A DNA stretch of 64,000 nt from an uncultured delta proteobacterium (GCA_963745835.1 CAVUZH010000003.1:1120001-1184000); one strand, 5' to 3'. Positions 1 through 10,669 are shown, counted from the stretch's first letter. Notes: generated by a model from the letters alone, not told the origin. Numbers and translations: made by a program.

Positions 1-42
1 CCTACCATACACCAAGCTTTCCCGGATATGACTATCCGTGAA

Positions 43-141
43 TGTTAAAAGGAGATTAAATTTATGTTACAAAGCTTGCCTCATCGGCTGTCACTTACCC
101 ACAGTCTGCAGAAATTCTCCAAATTTAACCTGTTCGTAACC
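43..141. promoter_or_regulatory. Pho-box-like 11-bp-period repeats upstream of ppx and of a divergent gene outside the window
   Basis: Minus-oriented heptamers tgttaaa(43), gattaaa(54), tgttaca(65); plus-oriented tttaacc(124), cgtaacc(135); same YTTAAC(A/C)-N4 unit as upstream of pstS. Confidence 0.6.
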
Positions 142-168
142 TGAGTCGATCAACAAAAGCACCGATTA

Positions 169-1716
169 GTGATAAGAAGAGCGCCGATGGCAGATCACTT
201 TGCGGTCATTGACGTTGGAAGCAACGCGATGAAGTTTCAAATAGCGGTCGTCGATCAGCCAAAGCGATACCGCGTAGTCGAACAAGACCGCCAACCAGTT
301 CGTCTCGGACACAATGTTTTTAGAACCGGTCACCTGGACCCTGCTAACGCCGAAGCTGCTTTAAAGGCTCTCGCCGATTTCAAAGCAGTGGCCGATAAAT
401 ACCAGGTTAAGGCGATCCAAGCCGTAGGCACGAGCGCGCTTCGTGAGGCCCGTGACGGGGAATCCTTCCTCAAAGATGCCCATCAGCTCGGTGTGCCGAT
501 GCAGATTCTGTCAGCAGAGGATGAAGCTCGGCTAATCAGTTTAGGAATCATGAGCGGCCTGCGCTTTCATTTGCCGCTCGGGCTGTTTTTGGACATTGGC
601 GGCGGCAGTGTCGAACTAGCCGTTGCAAATCCAAACAATATTTTTTGCTTATTCAGTCTAGCCCTCGGAGCGGTTCGTTTGACAGAAGAGCTATTCACCG
701 CTGACCCGCCGCGCAAACGTGAAATCCGCAACCTGCGGCAGTTTGCTAGACAGAAGCTCAGATCGGTGGGTCAGCGTGTCGGTCAGGAAAAGTACACCAT
801 GGCTTTTGGTAGCGGCGGTACCATGACTGCTCTGGCCGAAACCAATCTACGCGTCGCTGGAGACGGTAAAAATGGATCTTTAGCGATATTGCGGCGCACG
901 CGGTTGGATGCCTTGTTAAAGTTGCTCATGACGATACCGGCCAAAGAGCGAGCCGCTTTGATCAGCGGCGATCCCAAACGCGCGGATATCATAGTTGCCG
1001 GCGGGCTAGTTCTCCATGAGATCATGGCTGAGATCGGACTAGACTATATATTTGTATCGCGACGAGGGTTGCGCGATGGCTTGATGATCGATCTACTACA
1101 GCGACACTACGAGAACTCAGGTTCGTGGGATCCAGATGCGGAGCGCGCGGAATCTCTCGAGCAGGTATGTCAAAAGTACTTGTATGATGCGCCGCATGCT
1201 CATCATGTCAGCCAGCTCGCGCTGACGTTGTTTTATCAATTGAATGATCTGCACAAGCTACCGGAGAAATATGCCAGCATTTTACATGCCGCAGCGATGC
1301 TGCACGATATCGGCCTTTTCATAGCCGAGCCCAAGCACCACAAGCATTCTTACTATTTGATCAAAAGTTCAGAAATCAACTCTTTCGACAAGCTCGATCT
1401 CGACGTCGTTGCCAACATTGCCCGCTATCATCGCAAAGCGCACCCGAGCCAGAAGCATTTAGGTTTTAGTCAGCTCTCTCCGGCCAACCAGGCTGTCGTA
1501 CGAAAACTCAGCGCCATACTCCGCATTGCCAATGCCTTTGATTTTAAGCACGACCAGAAAGTTGGCGCTCTCAGTTGCGCCTTAAAAAGATCCAAAGCTA
1601 TAACCGTTACGGTTTCCGGCTCAGCCAATTCCAGCAACGAAATCGAGTGCGCCCGGGCGCAGGGTGAACTGTTCGAAGAAGTTTTCAATCTCAAGCTTAC
1701 CATTCAGAATTCCTAG
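169..1716 (+). CDS. ppx: Exopolyphosphatase Ppx/GppA with C-terminal HD domain (start may be ATG at 187)
   Basis: AVIDVGSN, DIGGGSVE, GLRDG, LHDIG...HHKHS motifs. Confidence 0.93.
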   Translation: MIRRAPMADHFAVIDVGSNAMKFQIAVVDQPKRYRVVEQDRQPVRLGHNVFRTGHLDPANAEAALKALADFKAVADKYQVKAIQAVGTSALREARDGESFLKDAHQLGVPMQILSAEDEARLISLGIMSGLRFHLPLGLFLDIGGGSVELAVANPNNIFCLFSLALGAVRLTEELFTADPPRKREIRNLRQFARQKLRSVGQRVGQEKYTMAFGSGGTMTALAETNLRVAGDGKNGSLAILRRTRLDALLKLLMTIPAKERAALISGDPKRADIIVAGGLVLHEIMAEIGLDYIFVSRRGLRDGLMIDLLQRHYENSGSWDPDAERAESLEQVCQKYLYDAPHAHHVSQLALTLFYQLNDLHKLPEKYASILHAAAMLHDIGLFIAEPKHHKHSYYLIKSSEINSFDKLDLDVVANIARYHRKAHPSQKHLGFSQLSPANQAVVRKLSAILRIANAFDFKHDQKVGALSCALKRSKAITVTVSGSANSSNEIECARAQGELFEEVFNLKLTIQNS

Positions 1717-1747
1717 TGTACTGGCTCAAAACCGGAGGAGAACACAA

Positions 1748-2188
1748 ATGAGACGAACCATCCGTGAACGAAACATTCTTTTTCTGTGCGAGGACAACGC
1801 CTCGCTAAGTCAAATGGCTGAAGCCGTGGCGAAACACCTCGGTCCGCCTAAGGTTAAAGTCTTCAGCGCCGGTATAAGTCCGACGACGATTCCCTCCCTG
1901 GTATATAGGGTTATGGAGGAATCGGGGGTCAGCTTGCAGGGCCAGTCATGTAAAAAGATGAATGAGGTACCATTGAATGAAATTGATTTGGTGATAAGTT
2001 TTCAAGGGGCGGACAAAAAGATTACTTCCCTGCCGAAGCGGACGAAAGTGGAGAACTGGTCGATTCCGGCACCGGATTCTTCCGATACAACCAGCTCGGC
2101 GCCATTGACAAGATTTCGCCACGAGCGAGATGAGATCAATAAACGAGTATTTGCGCTGTTCCTGGATCATTGGCGCAATGATGCATAG
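1748..2188 (+). CDS. ArsC/LMW protein-tyrosine-phosphatase fold protein with degenerate active site
   Basis: ILFLCEDNASLSQMAEA, SAGI, RDEI motifs; GGAGGAG SD before ATG 1748; CX5R Arg replaced by Leu. Confidence 0.8.
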   Translation: MRRTIRERNILFLCEDNASLSQMAEAVAKHLGPPKVKVFSAGISPTTIPSLVYRVMEESGVSLQGQSCKKMNEVPLNEIDLVISFQGADKKITSLPKRTKVENWSIPAPDSSDTTSSAPLTRFRHERDEINKRVFALFLDHWRNDA

Positions 2189-2243
2189 GTCACTCATCCT
2201 TTCGCAAGCGCCGAAACGGGTAAGTATATAAGCAAGAGGTTGT

Positions 2244-2753
2244 ATGAATCTTTACCTTCTTCGACACGGAATCGCTGCAGCTAAGGATGATCCGGCTTTT
2301 GAATCCGACAGCGATCGGCCCCTTACCAAAAAAGGAATTAAGAAGTTTCGCAAAGCCGCGCGCGGGATCGACCGTTTGGCGATTCCCTTTGACGCGATTC
2401 TCAGCAGTCCTTTAGTTCGCGCCCGCCAAACAGCTGATATCGTCGCCGCGGTCTTGAATAAGGACTCCTGCATTGAGGAGATACCGGAACTAGCTCCTGA
2501 GAGTTTGCCCGAGCAGCTAACATCCGCCTTGAACAATGTTCAAGACAAAGAGCATGTCATGTTGGTGGGCCATGAGCCGTTCCTTGGCAAATTGGCGGCG
2601 TTTCTGGTTAATGGAAAAAACAATTCTGATAGTGTGATTCCCCTCAAAAAGGGCGGCATCTGCCGCATCGAGATCGAAGCTCTTCCCCCGACACGGCCCG
2701 GACAAATGCACTGGCTGCTGACTCCAAAACAGCTTCGCCTCATAGCTCGCTAA
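2244..2753 (+). CDS. sixA: Phosphohistidine phosphatase SixA
   Basis: LYLLRHG, RPLT, SSPLVRARQTA, VGHEP motifs. Confidence 0.92.
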   Translation: MNLYLLRHGIAAAKDDPAFESDSDRPLTKKGIKKFRKAARGIDRLAIPFDAILSSPLVRARQTADIVAAVLNKDSCIEEIPELAPESLPEQLTSALNNVQDKEHVMLVGHEPFLGKLAAFLVNGKNNSDSVIPLKKGGICRIEIEALPPTRPGQMHWLLTPKQLRLIAR

Positions 2754-2762
2754 TCTGGCGAA

Positions 2763-3707
2763 ATGTACCTGGAGACGGGCCACTCTGAGAAGGGAGTAAC
2801 TCTTGTCAGAGTGTCGAAAAAACATATCCTCAAGCTGGCCCGAACTCGTTTGAAAAAATGCGTTTCCATCGCGCCCAGGCTTTTGGTTGACGACGATCCA
2901 CAGGACATTCACGATCTTCGAGTATCCAGTCGCCGGTTGCAGCAATTGGTTGGCCTACTTTTCCCCAAGCGACGTCGCGGTAAAAGCCGCAAGGTTCTGC
3001 GATCTCTACGCACCGTGCGCCGCGATTGGAGTGTTTGCCGCAATCTCGACGTTAATTTAGATCTGCTTCGGGAGAAGCTCGAGTCGGTTAAGACAGACGC
3101 GAATCGTGACGCATGGTATCATGTCCGTGAATACATATCGGATTTGCGAGCTCAGGAATTCGCCGACGCGCGTAAGCGACTCCGGCGGCTGGATCTTCTC
3201 GGTCTAATCGACAAAACGCAGCGGTTGTTAAAGGCAGTGCAAGGAGAAAATGCGCAAGAGCTAATCTTGGTAGACAGTTTTGCAAACACTCTGGCGCGGT
3301 GGTGCGAGGCGTTAGCCCAAGCCAAACGCAGCAAGGATCCGGAGCATCTTCATGAATTGCGGATCTCCGGCAAGCGACTGCGCTACCGTTTTGAAGTGCT
3401 CGCCGAGCTCGGAGATGGCGCCGCAAAATCTCACGTAAAGTTATTGAAAGCACTGCAAGATGAGCTCGGCCGTTGGCACGATCGGCACGTGCTGTTGAAG
3501 TTGGTCAAAGAGCTCAACAGAAAGCCGGAATTTTTGGGTGAGCAACCGGAAATTCAGCAGGTACTGGAGAGTGACATTGAAAACGATAGGCAGAATAATG
3601 ATTCTGCCATCGATGAAATCTTAACGGCAGCTGAAAGCCTCCAGTTCGAACTGGATCATTGCAACCCGGCACCTGAACCAGACTATGATCTTACCGCCTC
3701 CAGTTAG
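2763..3707 (+). CDS. CHAD domain (polyphosphate-binding) protein
   Basis: IHDLRVSSRRL, LHELRISGKRLRY, LQDELGRWHD motifs. Confidence 0.9.
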   Translation: MYLETGHSEKGVTLVRVSKKHILKLARTRLKKCVSIAPRLLVDDDPQDIHDLRVSSRRLQQLVGLLFPKRRRGKSRKVLRSLRTVRRDWSVCRNLDVNLDLLREKLESVKTDANRDAWYHVREYISDLRAQEFADARKRLRRLDLLGLIDKTQRLLKAVQGENAQELILVDSFANTLARWCEALAQAKRSKDPEHLHELRISGKRLRYRFEVLAELGDGAAKSHVKLLKALQDELGRWHDRHVLLKLVKELNRKPEFLGEQPEIQQVLESDIENDRQNNDSAIDEILTAAESLQFELDHCNPAPEPDYDLTASS

Positions 3708-3720
3708 TCATCTGAGGGTT

Positions 3721-4406
3721 TCACGCGATCACCTGAGTCACGCGCTTACGTAGCTCTTCGAACACCTGTTCGATTGTGCCAGAGGCGTCGATAATCCCAA
3801 AGCCGTAGGTTTCTACCATCTTATCGAACTCGGCCAAAAGCCCCGTTTGATATTTGACAAAGCTTTCGTACAAGTCTTCGCCCATATGTAAATCCATTCC
3901 CGATTCCCAATAATTAAACCCGGTGCTTTGCAGTACTCTGGTAACTAGGTCGTCGATATTGATGCGCAAATAGAAAATCGCATCCGGCTTTAAAGCGAAG
4001 CCATAGACTTCCCGCAACCACTCGGGATCGGCGCCACGGACAATCGCCCGAGCCATTAACGAATAAATATACCGATCGGTCAGCACGATGAATCCCGCGC
4101 GCAAAGCGGGAATGATCTCGTTTTCCAGCCGGTCGGCAAAATCGGTTGCATAGAACAGACTCATGGTCATGCCGCCCAAGGTATGTCCTTCCTTGGCCAG
4201 TTTTAGCCGTTTTCCCGCCAATGCCGAGCGAGTCATGCCGGTATCCAAAACTGCATGACCGCTATTTTCCAACCAGTCCTTTAACAAGCGAGAATATGCG
4301 TGGACCGACCAACCCCATCGGTACCTTCAAGTACAATCAACTTCCCTTTGAGCTCGTCGAGGTCTACGTCTGGGAGCCCCTCGCCAAAGAAGCTAAATCG
4401 ACCCAT
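3721..4406 (-). CDS. Thymidylate-kinase-like protein 2 (candidate PPK3 subunit), with a 1-nt frameshift near 4290
   Basis: ATG 4406 gives MGRFSFFG...GKLIVLEGTDGVGRSTHI. The frame then shifts to LLKDWLE...DRYIYS. One added T (att tct cgc) restores the ORF. Confidence 0.85.
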
Positions 4407-5098
4407 CTACGAATCCTTGTTTTTTTGGTGCCCGCCAGCGCGTGTGACACGATCTTTCTGACTTCTACCTGCTGCTCCTCGATGGAGCGAGTCGCATCGA
4501 TCGTGATGAGACCGAACTCGTTTATCATTTTTTCATACTCGTCAATGATACGGCCCTGAAAAAGCCGGAAGCTCTCCTCAATGTCATTGCTTAGCTCTAA
4601 ATCCATGCCCGCTTCGTAGTATTTAATCGCATCTCTGCCGCCCAGAATTCTTTTCATTGCGACATCGAGCGGCGTGCGGAAATAAAAGGCGACGGTGGGT
4701 TTAACGGCGAAAGTGTAGAGATCCCGAACCCATTTGGGGCTGACTCCCCGAACCACATCGCGAGCGAAAGCAGTGTAGATATAGCGGTCGGCCAAAACTA
4801 CCGCACCCGCTTTCAAAGGGGGAATAATGTCGTGTTCTACTCGGTCCGCAAAATCCGTCGCATGAATCAGACTAAAGGTCATAGCGGTAAGCATTTTCTT
4901 TTTCTTGCCCCGCTTGGTCACGTCGCGAACCAGGGGTGATGAATTCCACTCACTGAATGACGCGACGTATCCTTCCGACTCGAGCCATTTTTGCAGCAGC
5001 ATCAGCTGAGTACTCTTACCCGAACCATCGATTCCCTCGACAATAAAGAGTCGGCCAGGAAACCGGTGTTTGCCGTAAGTTTTCATTCCTGCGGCCAT
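4364..5098 (-). CDS. Thymidylate-kinase-like protein 1 (candidate PPK3 subunit)
   Basis: VEGIDGSGKST P-loop, DRYIYT motif; paralogous to the adjacent gene. Confidence 0.88.
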   Translation of the reverse strand: MAAGMKTYGKHRFPGRLFIVEGIDGSGKSTQLMLLQKWLESEGYVASFSEWNSSPLVRDVTKRGKKKKMLTAMTFSLIHATDFADRVEHDIIPPLKAGAVVLADRYIYTAFARDVVRGVSPKWVRDLYTFAVKPTVAFYFRTPLDVAMKRILGGRDAIKYYEAGMDLELSNDIEESFRLFQGRIIDEYEKMINEFGLITIDATRSIEEQQVEVRKIVSHALAGTKKTRIRRWVDLASLARGSQT

Positions 5099-5201
5099 CG
5101 AAAGACTCCCTCAATCAATAAACCGACATTGGACACCATCAGATCCCGAGGGACTTTATCAAAAAGACCCTGGCGAAGACCAGTAGAGACACGTTGTACC
5201 A

Positions 5202-5406
5202 GGTTAAGCTTATGTTACGCGATCCCGGGATTTCTCCCGCGTTTAACACTTTCTTAACCGATCCTTTACAACCGCTTCACCCTACATGATCATCGTCTTC
5301 GTCAAAAGTGCAGTAACGTCTTGCAAGGAGGCAAACTGATGTCGCGTTGCAGAAGCCCATGTCGCGCTTCACCAAACCTTAAGACTGTCTTAACAATTTC
5401 GTAACA
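5202..5406. promoter_or_regulatory. Pho boxes in the divergent tmk-like/pstS intergenic region
   Basis: Plus-strand heptamers at exact 11-bp spacing: 5242/5253/5264/5275 (tttaaca, cttaacc, ctttaca, cttcacc) and 5367/5378/5389/5400 (cttcacc, cttaaga, cttaaca, cgtaaca); minus-strand pair at 5202/5213. Confidence 0.75.
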
Positions 5407-5442
5407 TTAACTAGCTAAATGAGCATAAACAAAGGAGGAAAA

Positions 5443-6426
5443 ATGAAGAACTTGTTATTGGCTACCTTTATCGCTGGCTTACTGGCGGCGCCACTAGCCG
5501 CAAAGGCGCAGGTTATTCAGATTGACGGTTCCAGCACTGTCTTTCCAGTGACCGAAGCGATCGCGGAAGAGTTTCAAAAAGCAAAGAAGGGAAAGCTTAA
5601 AGTCACAGTCGGCATTTCAGGCACCGGTGGTGGCTTCAAGAAATTCTGCCGAGGGGAAACCGATATCAGCGATGCCTCGCGGCCGATCTTGAAACAGGAA
5701 ATAGAGGCCTGCAAGGGGTCTGGCGTGGAGTTTTTTGAGCTCCCGGTCGCCTATGATGCTTTAACGGTTATAGTAAATCCAAAAAACGATTGGGCGACAT
5801 CGATGACCGTCGCCGAATTGAAAAAAATCTGGGAACCTGCCGCGCAGGGCAAGGTTACAAACTGGAATCAGGTTCGGCCCAAATGGCCCGATGCGCCGCT
5901 CAAGCTTTTCGGCGCCGGCGCCGACTCCGGAACCTTCGACTATTTTACTGAAGCCATCGTAGGCAAGGCCAAGTCGAGCCGTGGAGATTTTACGGCAAGT
6001 GAAGACGATAACGTCCTGGTTCAAGGAGTGGCTAATGATCGTAGCGCATTGGGCTTCTTTGGCTTCGCCTATTACATAGAAAATCAAAAGAAACTGAAGG
6101 CTGTTGCGATTGACGGCGGCAAGGGTCCAGTAGCTCCGTCAGCAAAGAGCGTGGAGGACGGCACTTATCAGCCACTGTCGCGCCCCATCTTTATCTACGT
6201 TAGCAAAAAAGCGCTTGCCAAACCGGAGGTAAAAGAGTTCGTCGAATTTTATCTCAAAAATGCTCCCAGCCTGGTAAAAGAAGTTAAGTATGTTGCCCTG
6301 CCGGCCAAAGCCTACACCTTAGGCCTGGAGCACATCCAAAAAGGAAAAATCGGCACTGTATTTGGAGGCGAAGCGGAAGTCGGAGTTAAGATCGACGATT
6401 TGCTAAAGCGCGAAGCCAAATTCTAG
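5443..6426 (+). CDS. pstS: Phosphate ABC transporter substrate-binding protein
   Basis: [28 protein letters not shown]; AGGAGG SD. Confidence 0.95.
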   Translation: MKNLLLATFIAGLLAAPLAAKAQVIQIDGSSTVFPVTEAIAEEFQKAKKGKLKVTVGISGTGGGFKKFCRGETDISDASRPILKQEIEACKGSGVEFFELPVAYDALTVIVNPKNDWATSMTVAELKKIWEPAAQGKVTNWNQVRPKWPDAPLKLFGAGADSGTFDYFTEAIVGKAKSSRGDFTASEDDNVLVQGVANDRSALGFFGFAYYIENQKKLKAVAIDGGKGPVAPSAKSVEDGTYQPLSRPIFIYVSKKALAKPEVKEFVEFYLKNAPSLVKEVKYVALPAKAYTLGLEHIQKGKIGTVFGGEAEVGVKIDDLLKREAKF

Positions 6427-6442
6427 CATATCAACCTCAACT

Positions 6443-6475
6443 GCAGGAAGCGCCGAAACTATCGGCGCTTTCTGC
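6443..6475 (+). terminator. Stem-loop after pstS (terminator or mRNA stabiliser)
   Basis: gcaggaagcgccga-aacta-tcggcgctttctgc inverted repeat. Confidence 0.55.
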
Positions 6476-6495
6476 TCCTGGTCCCGGACACATTT

Positions 6496-7443
6496 ATGGC
6501 AGCTACCGAACAGGTGCATCCTGAAATTCTAAGAAGTCGAGTTCAAACCGCAACGGCGAGTCGCAGTTTGCAACGAGCACGCGAACGAGTGATCGAAATC
6601 TTATTACTTCTCGCGGCGCTTTCTTCGGTGGCGATTACCGTCGGAATCGTCGGCGTTCTTATCTTCGAGTCGCTGCAGTTTTTTAAACACGTTTCGATCG
6701 TGGAGTTCTTAACCGATACCCAGTGGACGGTGCTCTTCGCGGATCCGCATTATGGTATCCTGCCGCTGGTCTCCGGCACTTTGGTGACATCTGTGGTCGC
6801 ACTCCTGGTTTCTCTTCCGCTCGGAACCATTATCGCGATTTATCTCAGCGAGTATGCCAATACCAGGACAAGAGAAATACTCAAGCCAATTCTCGAGCTT
6901 CTCAGCGCGGTCCCGACCGTGGTGTTCGGCTACTTCGCTCTGCTTTTTCTAACGCCATTGTTACAGCGCTGGTTACCGAGTTTACCGGGTTTCAATATGC
7001 TCAGCGCCGGCATCGTCATCGGTATCATGATCATTCCCTATGTTAGCTCGCTCAGCGAAGATGCGATCCGAGCCGTGCCGGTGCATATTCGCGAGGGTTC
7101 TTATGCGATGGGGGCCACTCGGTTACAGACCGCGCTCCGGGTGCTTTTCCCTGCCGCATTCTCGGGCATTGCTTCGGCCTATGTGCTGGGTTTCTCCCGC
7201 GCTGTGGGTGAAACGATGATAGTTGCGGTGGCTGCCGGCACGCAACCGAACCTTACTCTCAATCCCATGGAAGGCGCGGCAACGATCACGGCCTATATCG
7301 TTCAAGTGAGCCTCGGTGACCTGCCGCATGGTAGTATTGCCTATCAGAGCATTTTTGCCGCAGGATTGACGCTGATGTTGATGACCTTGATTTTCAATAT
7401 CGGCGGCTATTTGTTGCGCAAGAAGTTCCGGGAGATTTATTAA
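6496..7443 (+). CDS. pstC: Phosphate ABC transporter permease
   Basis: PTVVFGYFAL, RAVGETM motifs; operon position. Confidence 0.95.
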   Translation: MAATEQVHPEILRSRVQTATASRSLQRARERVIEILLLLAALSSVAITVGIVGVLIFESLQFFKHVSIVEFLTDTQWTVLFADPHYGILPLVSGTLVTSVVALLVSLPLGTIIAIYLSEYANTRTREILKPILELLSAVPTVVFGYFALLFLTPLLQRWLPSLPGFNMLSAGIVIGIMIIPYVSSLSEDAIRAVPVHIREGSYAMGATRLQTALRVLFPAAFSGIASAYVLGFSRAVGETMIVAVAAGTQPNLTLNPMEGAATITAYIVQVSLGDLPHGSIAYQSIFAAGLTLMLMTLIFNIGGYLLRKKFREIY

Positions 7444-7444
7444 C

Positions 7445-8362
7445 ATGAAAAAAACGATCGATCTCGAAGCACGTATCGCTCGCAACAAAACAGTCGATCG
7501 CCTATTCGTCGTGTTTGGGCTATTGGCCACTTTCATCGGCCTGCTGACTCTTGCTGCGCTCATGATCGACCTCGCCTTAGACGGGGTCGGCAGATTCAGT
7601 TATGAATTTTTTACTTCGTTTCCGTCGCGATTTGCCTCAAGAGCAGGAATACTCTCTGCCTGGGTTGGTACGATCTTGGTCATGATCGTTACTGCGGTTA
7701 CCGCTGTTCCTCTGGGGATTGCCGCCGGAGTTTATCTGGAAGAGTACGCGCCCAAGAACTGGTTAACCGCCCTGATCGAAATCAACATTGCCAATTTAGC
7801 CGGAGTTCCCTCGATAGTTTACGGACTGATGGCATTGGGCCTCTTTGTCTACCAACTCCGACTTGGACAGAGCATCCTAACGGCCGGTCTGACCCTAGCC
7901 TTGCTGATTCTGCCGATCGTCATTGTTGCAACACGGGAGGCAATTCGAGCAGTTCCGGGGAGTATGCGCGAAGCGGCCCTAGCTCTTGGCGCGACTAAAT
8001 GGCAGATGGTCAAAGACCATGTTGTTCCCTACTCTACCGGAGGCATTTTGACCGGCGTGATTATCGCCCTATCTCGAGCGATCGGCGAGACCGCGCCGCT
8101 TATCACCATCGGTGCCCTGACGTTTATCGCTTTTCTCCCCGGGGCGCCGATCCAAGCTGAATTTCCGTTCATTTCATTTGAATGGCTGATGTCGCCTTTT
8201 ACCGTGATGCCGATACAGATGTTCAACTGGGTCTCCCGTCCTCAGGAGGAGTTTCATCTAAACGCCGCAGCAACCGGCCTGGTCCTCATGTTCATGACCC
8301 TGGCGATGAATGCAGTTGCGATTTATTTGCGCTACCGCTTTCGTAAGCGCATCAAGTGGTAA
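7445..8362 (+). CDS. pstA: Phosphate ABC transporter permease
   Basis: [19 protein letters not shown] motifs. Confidence 0.95.
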   Translation: MKKTIDLEARIARNKTVDRLFVVFGLLATFIGLLTLAALMIDLALDGVGRFSYEFFTSFPSRFASRAGILSAWVGTILVMIVTAVTAVPLGIAAGVYLEEYAPKNWLTALIEINIANLAGVPSIVYGLMALGLFVYQLRLGQSILTAGLTLALLILPIVIVATREAIRAVPGSMREAALALGATKWQMVKDHVVPYSTGGILTGVIIALSRAIGETAPLITIGALTFIAFLPGAPIQAEFPFISFEWLMSPFTVMPIQMFNWVSRPQEEFHLNAAATGLVLMFMTLAMNAVAIYLRYRFRKRIKW

Positions 8363-8399
8363 CAGGTACAAAGTGAAAAACAACGTGAATGGAGGTACA

Positions 8400-9248
8400 A
8401 TGGCTCTGCAGGAACAAGCGGCGGTATCGAGGATTGAGGCGCCGGTAGTGAAACGAGACGGAGCGATGGAAAAGATAAACTTAACTGAAACTTCTTCGCC
8501 CATCATCCAAATTAAAGATCTGAATTTCTATTACGGTTCCAAGCATGCCCTTAAATCCATAACTGTTAATATCTCCGAGAAGAAGGCTACCGCGTTTATC
8601 GGCCCTTCAGGCTGTGGTAAAACGACTCTGTTGCGGTGCTTGAACCGCATGAATGATCTCATTCCCGATGTGCGCGTCACCGGCAGCATCACTCTGGATG
8701 GCAAGGACATTTATGGATCCTCCACGGACGTCATCCAATTGCGTCGGAGAGTCGGGATGATTTTTCAGAAGTGGAATCCATTCCCAAAGAGTATCTATGA
8801 AAACGTGGTCTACGGACTGCGGATTATCGGCGTCAGCGACCGTCAGCACCTGGACGAAGTGGTTGAGAGTACATTGAGGCGGGCGGCACTGTGGGACGAA
8901 GTGAAAGACACTCTGCACAAGAGCGCCGCTGAGCTCTCGGGGGGACAACAGCAGCGGCTCTGCATCGCGCGAGCTCTTGCCGTTGAGCCAGAAGTACTGT
9001 TGATGGACGAACCTTGCTCAGCTCTGGATCCGATTTCTACAGCGAAGATCGAAGAGCTTATTCATGAGCTCAAAGACGCGTTTACGATCGTGATCGTGAC
9101 TCACAACATGCAGCAGGCGGCGCGCGTTTCCGACCGTACGGCGTTCTTCTATCTCGGCGAGATAATCGAATATGGCGAGACTGGCAAACTTTTTACCAAT
9201 CCCGATAAACGGCAGACCGAGGACTACATCACCGGACGATTCGGTTAG
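8400..9248 (+). CDS. pstB: Phosphate ABC transporter ATPase
   Basis: [31 protein letters not shown]; GGAGG SD before ATG 8400. Confidence 0.96.
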   Translation: MALQEQAAVSRIEAPVVKRDGAMEKINLTETSSPIIQIKDLNFYYGSKHALKSITVNISEKKATAFIGPSGCGKTTLLRCLNRMNDLIPDVRVTGSITLDGKDIYGSSTDVIQLRRRVGMIFQKWNPFPKSIYENVVYGLRIIGVSDRQHLDEVVESTLRRAALWDEVKDTLHKSAAELSGGQQQRLCIARALAVEPEVLLMDEPCSALDPISTAKIEELIHELKDAFTIVIVTHNMQQAARVSDRTAFFYLGEIIEYGETGKLFTNPDKRQTEDYITGRFG

Positions 9249-9259
9249 CGGAGGAGCTC

Positions 9260-9946
9260 ATGCAAACCGCCCATACGGATAAAAGGTACGAAGAAGAGCT
9301 TAAGAAGCTGCGTGAAGAAATCCTCTACATGGGAGGGCTGGTAGAGGATCAGATTCAAAAAGCGGTCAAATCACTCGTCGATCGGGACTCCAATTTGGCC
9401 GAAGTGATCATCGAGCGCGATCATGAAGTGAACCGCTTAGACGTCGATATCGACGAACTTTGCATCCGTTTGCTCGCTCTCCATCAGCCCGCCGGACGGG
9501 ATCTTCGCTTCATTACCACCGGGCTTAAAATCACCACGGACCTGGAGCGGATCGGCGATATGGCGGTTAATATCTGCGAGCGCGCGTTAGAGCTCAATCA
9601 GGAGCCGCAGTTAAAACCGTACATCGACATACCGCGCATGGCACAGATAGCCCAGCGGATGATCCAGCAGAGTTTAGACGCTTTCGTTCGCGAGGATACC
9701 GATCTCGCGCTTCGGGTTTGTAAGGAGGACAGCGAGGTCGATCAACTCAATGCGCAGATCTTCCGAGAGATTCTCACGTTCATGATCGAAAATGTTCAAA
9801 CCATTAGCCGGGGAACAAAGATTAGTTCCGTATCAAAATACCTCGAACGCATCGCCGATCATGCCACCAATATTGCCGAGATGGTTGTCTTCATGGTGAA
9901 GGGCAAGAGCATCCGGCACATGAAGGAACTGCCGCCGTCAATCTAA
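9260..9946 (+). CDS. phoU: Phosphate signalling complex protein
   Basis: DLERIGD and YLERIADHATNIAE repeats. Confidence 0.95.
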   Translation: MQTAHTDKRYEEELKKLREEILYMGGLVEDQIQKAVKSLVDRDSNLAEVIIERDHEVNRLDVDIDELCIRLLALHQPAGRDLRFITTGLKITTDLERIGDMAVNICERALELNQEPQLKPYIDIPRMAQIAQRMIQQSLDAFVREDTDLALRVCKEDSEVDQLNAQIFREILTFMIENVQTISRGTKISSVSKYLERIADHATNIAEMVVFMVKGKSIRHMKELPPSI

Positions 9947-9949
9947 TTT

Positions 9950-10669
9950 ATGAGCAGCTTAAGTCAAAAAATTCTCGTGGTCGAAGATGAGCCGGATATC
10001 CGCAAGTTGATAAACTATAATCTGGCGCAAGAGCGTTTTAAAGTGTTGGAAGCCGAGGACGGCGAACAGGCCCTCAAACTTTTGCAGCGTGAGAAGCCAA
10101 ACCTCGTCATCTTAGATCTCATGCTTCCCGGCCTTTCCGGATTAGAGTTATGCAAGATTCTTCGCGACCGAACCGATACCACACACCTTCCTATTCTTAT
10201 GTTGACGGCGAAAGCTGGAGAAGCCGACAAAGTCGTAGGCTTGGAAATGGGCGCCGACGATTATTTGGCGAAACCATTTAGCCCGCGGGAAATGGTGGCT
10301 CGAGTTCGAGCGATCCTCCGCCGCTCCGAGTCTTCAACGGCGGCAGAATCGGCGCCGTATTATGAAAAAGGCGCACTGAAAATTGATTTCAGCACTTATG
10401 AGGTTTTTGCCCGGGGGCAGCAAATCAAGCTGACTCTGAAGGAATTTGAGCTTCTGCGTTTTTTGGTCCAGAATTCAAATCGCGTGCTCAGTCGCGACCA
10501 ATTACTTGATCGAGTATGGGGTGGTGAAACCTTCGTGACACCAAGGACTGTCGATGTCCACATCCGCCGTTTACGTAAAGCCGTTGAAGAAGATGATCGC
10601 AAACCGAGGTTGATTCTGACGTTACGAGGAGTTGGTTATAAATTCGATGAGAAGGCTTTGGCAGAATAG
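9950..10669 (+). CDS. phoB: PhoB/PhoP OmpR-family response regulator
   Basis: Receiver domain plus winged helix (RTVDVHIRRLR); next to phoU. Confidence 0.9.
   Translation: MSSLSQKILVVEDEPDIRKLINYNLAQERFKVLEAEDGEQALKLLQREKPNLVILDLMLPGLSGLELCKILRDRTDTTHLPILMLTAKAGEADKVVGLEMGADDYLAKPFSPREMVARVRAILRRSESSTAAESAPYYEKGALKIDFSTYEVFARGQQIKLTLKEFELLRFLVQNSNRVLSRDQLLDRVWGGETFVTPRTVDVHIRRLRKAVEEDDRKPRLILTLRGVGYKFDEKALAE

Noticed and set aside
3721-5098. Gene symbol tmk for the kinase pair
   Set aside because: Tandem paralogues in a polyP context with a variant P-loop; true dTMP kinase function is doubtful
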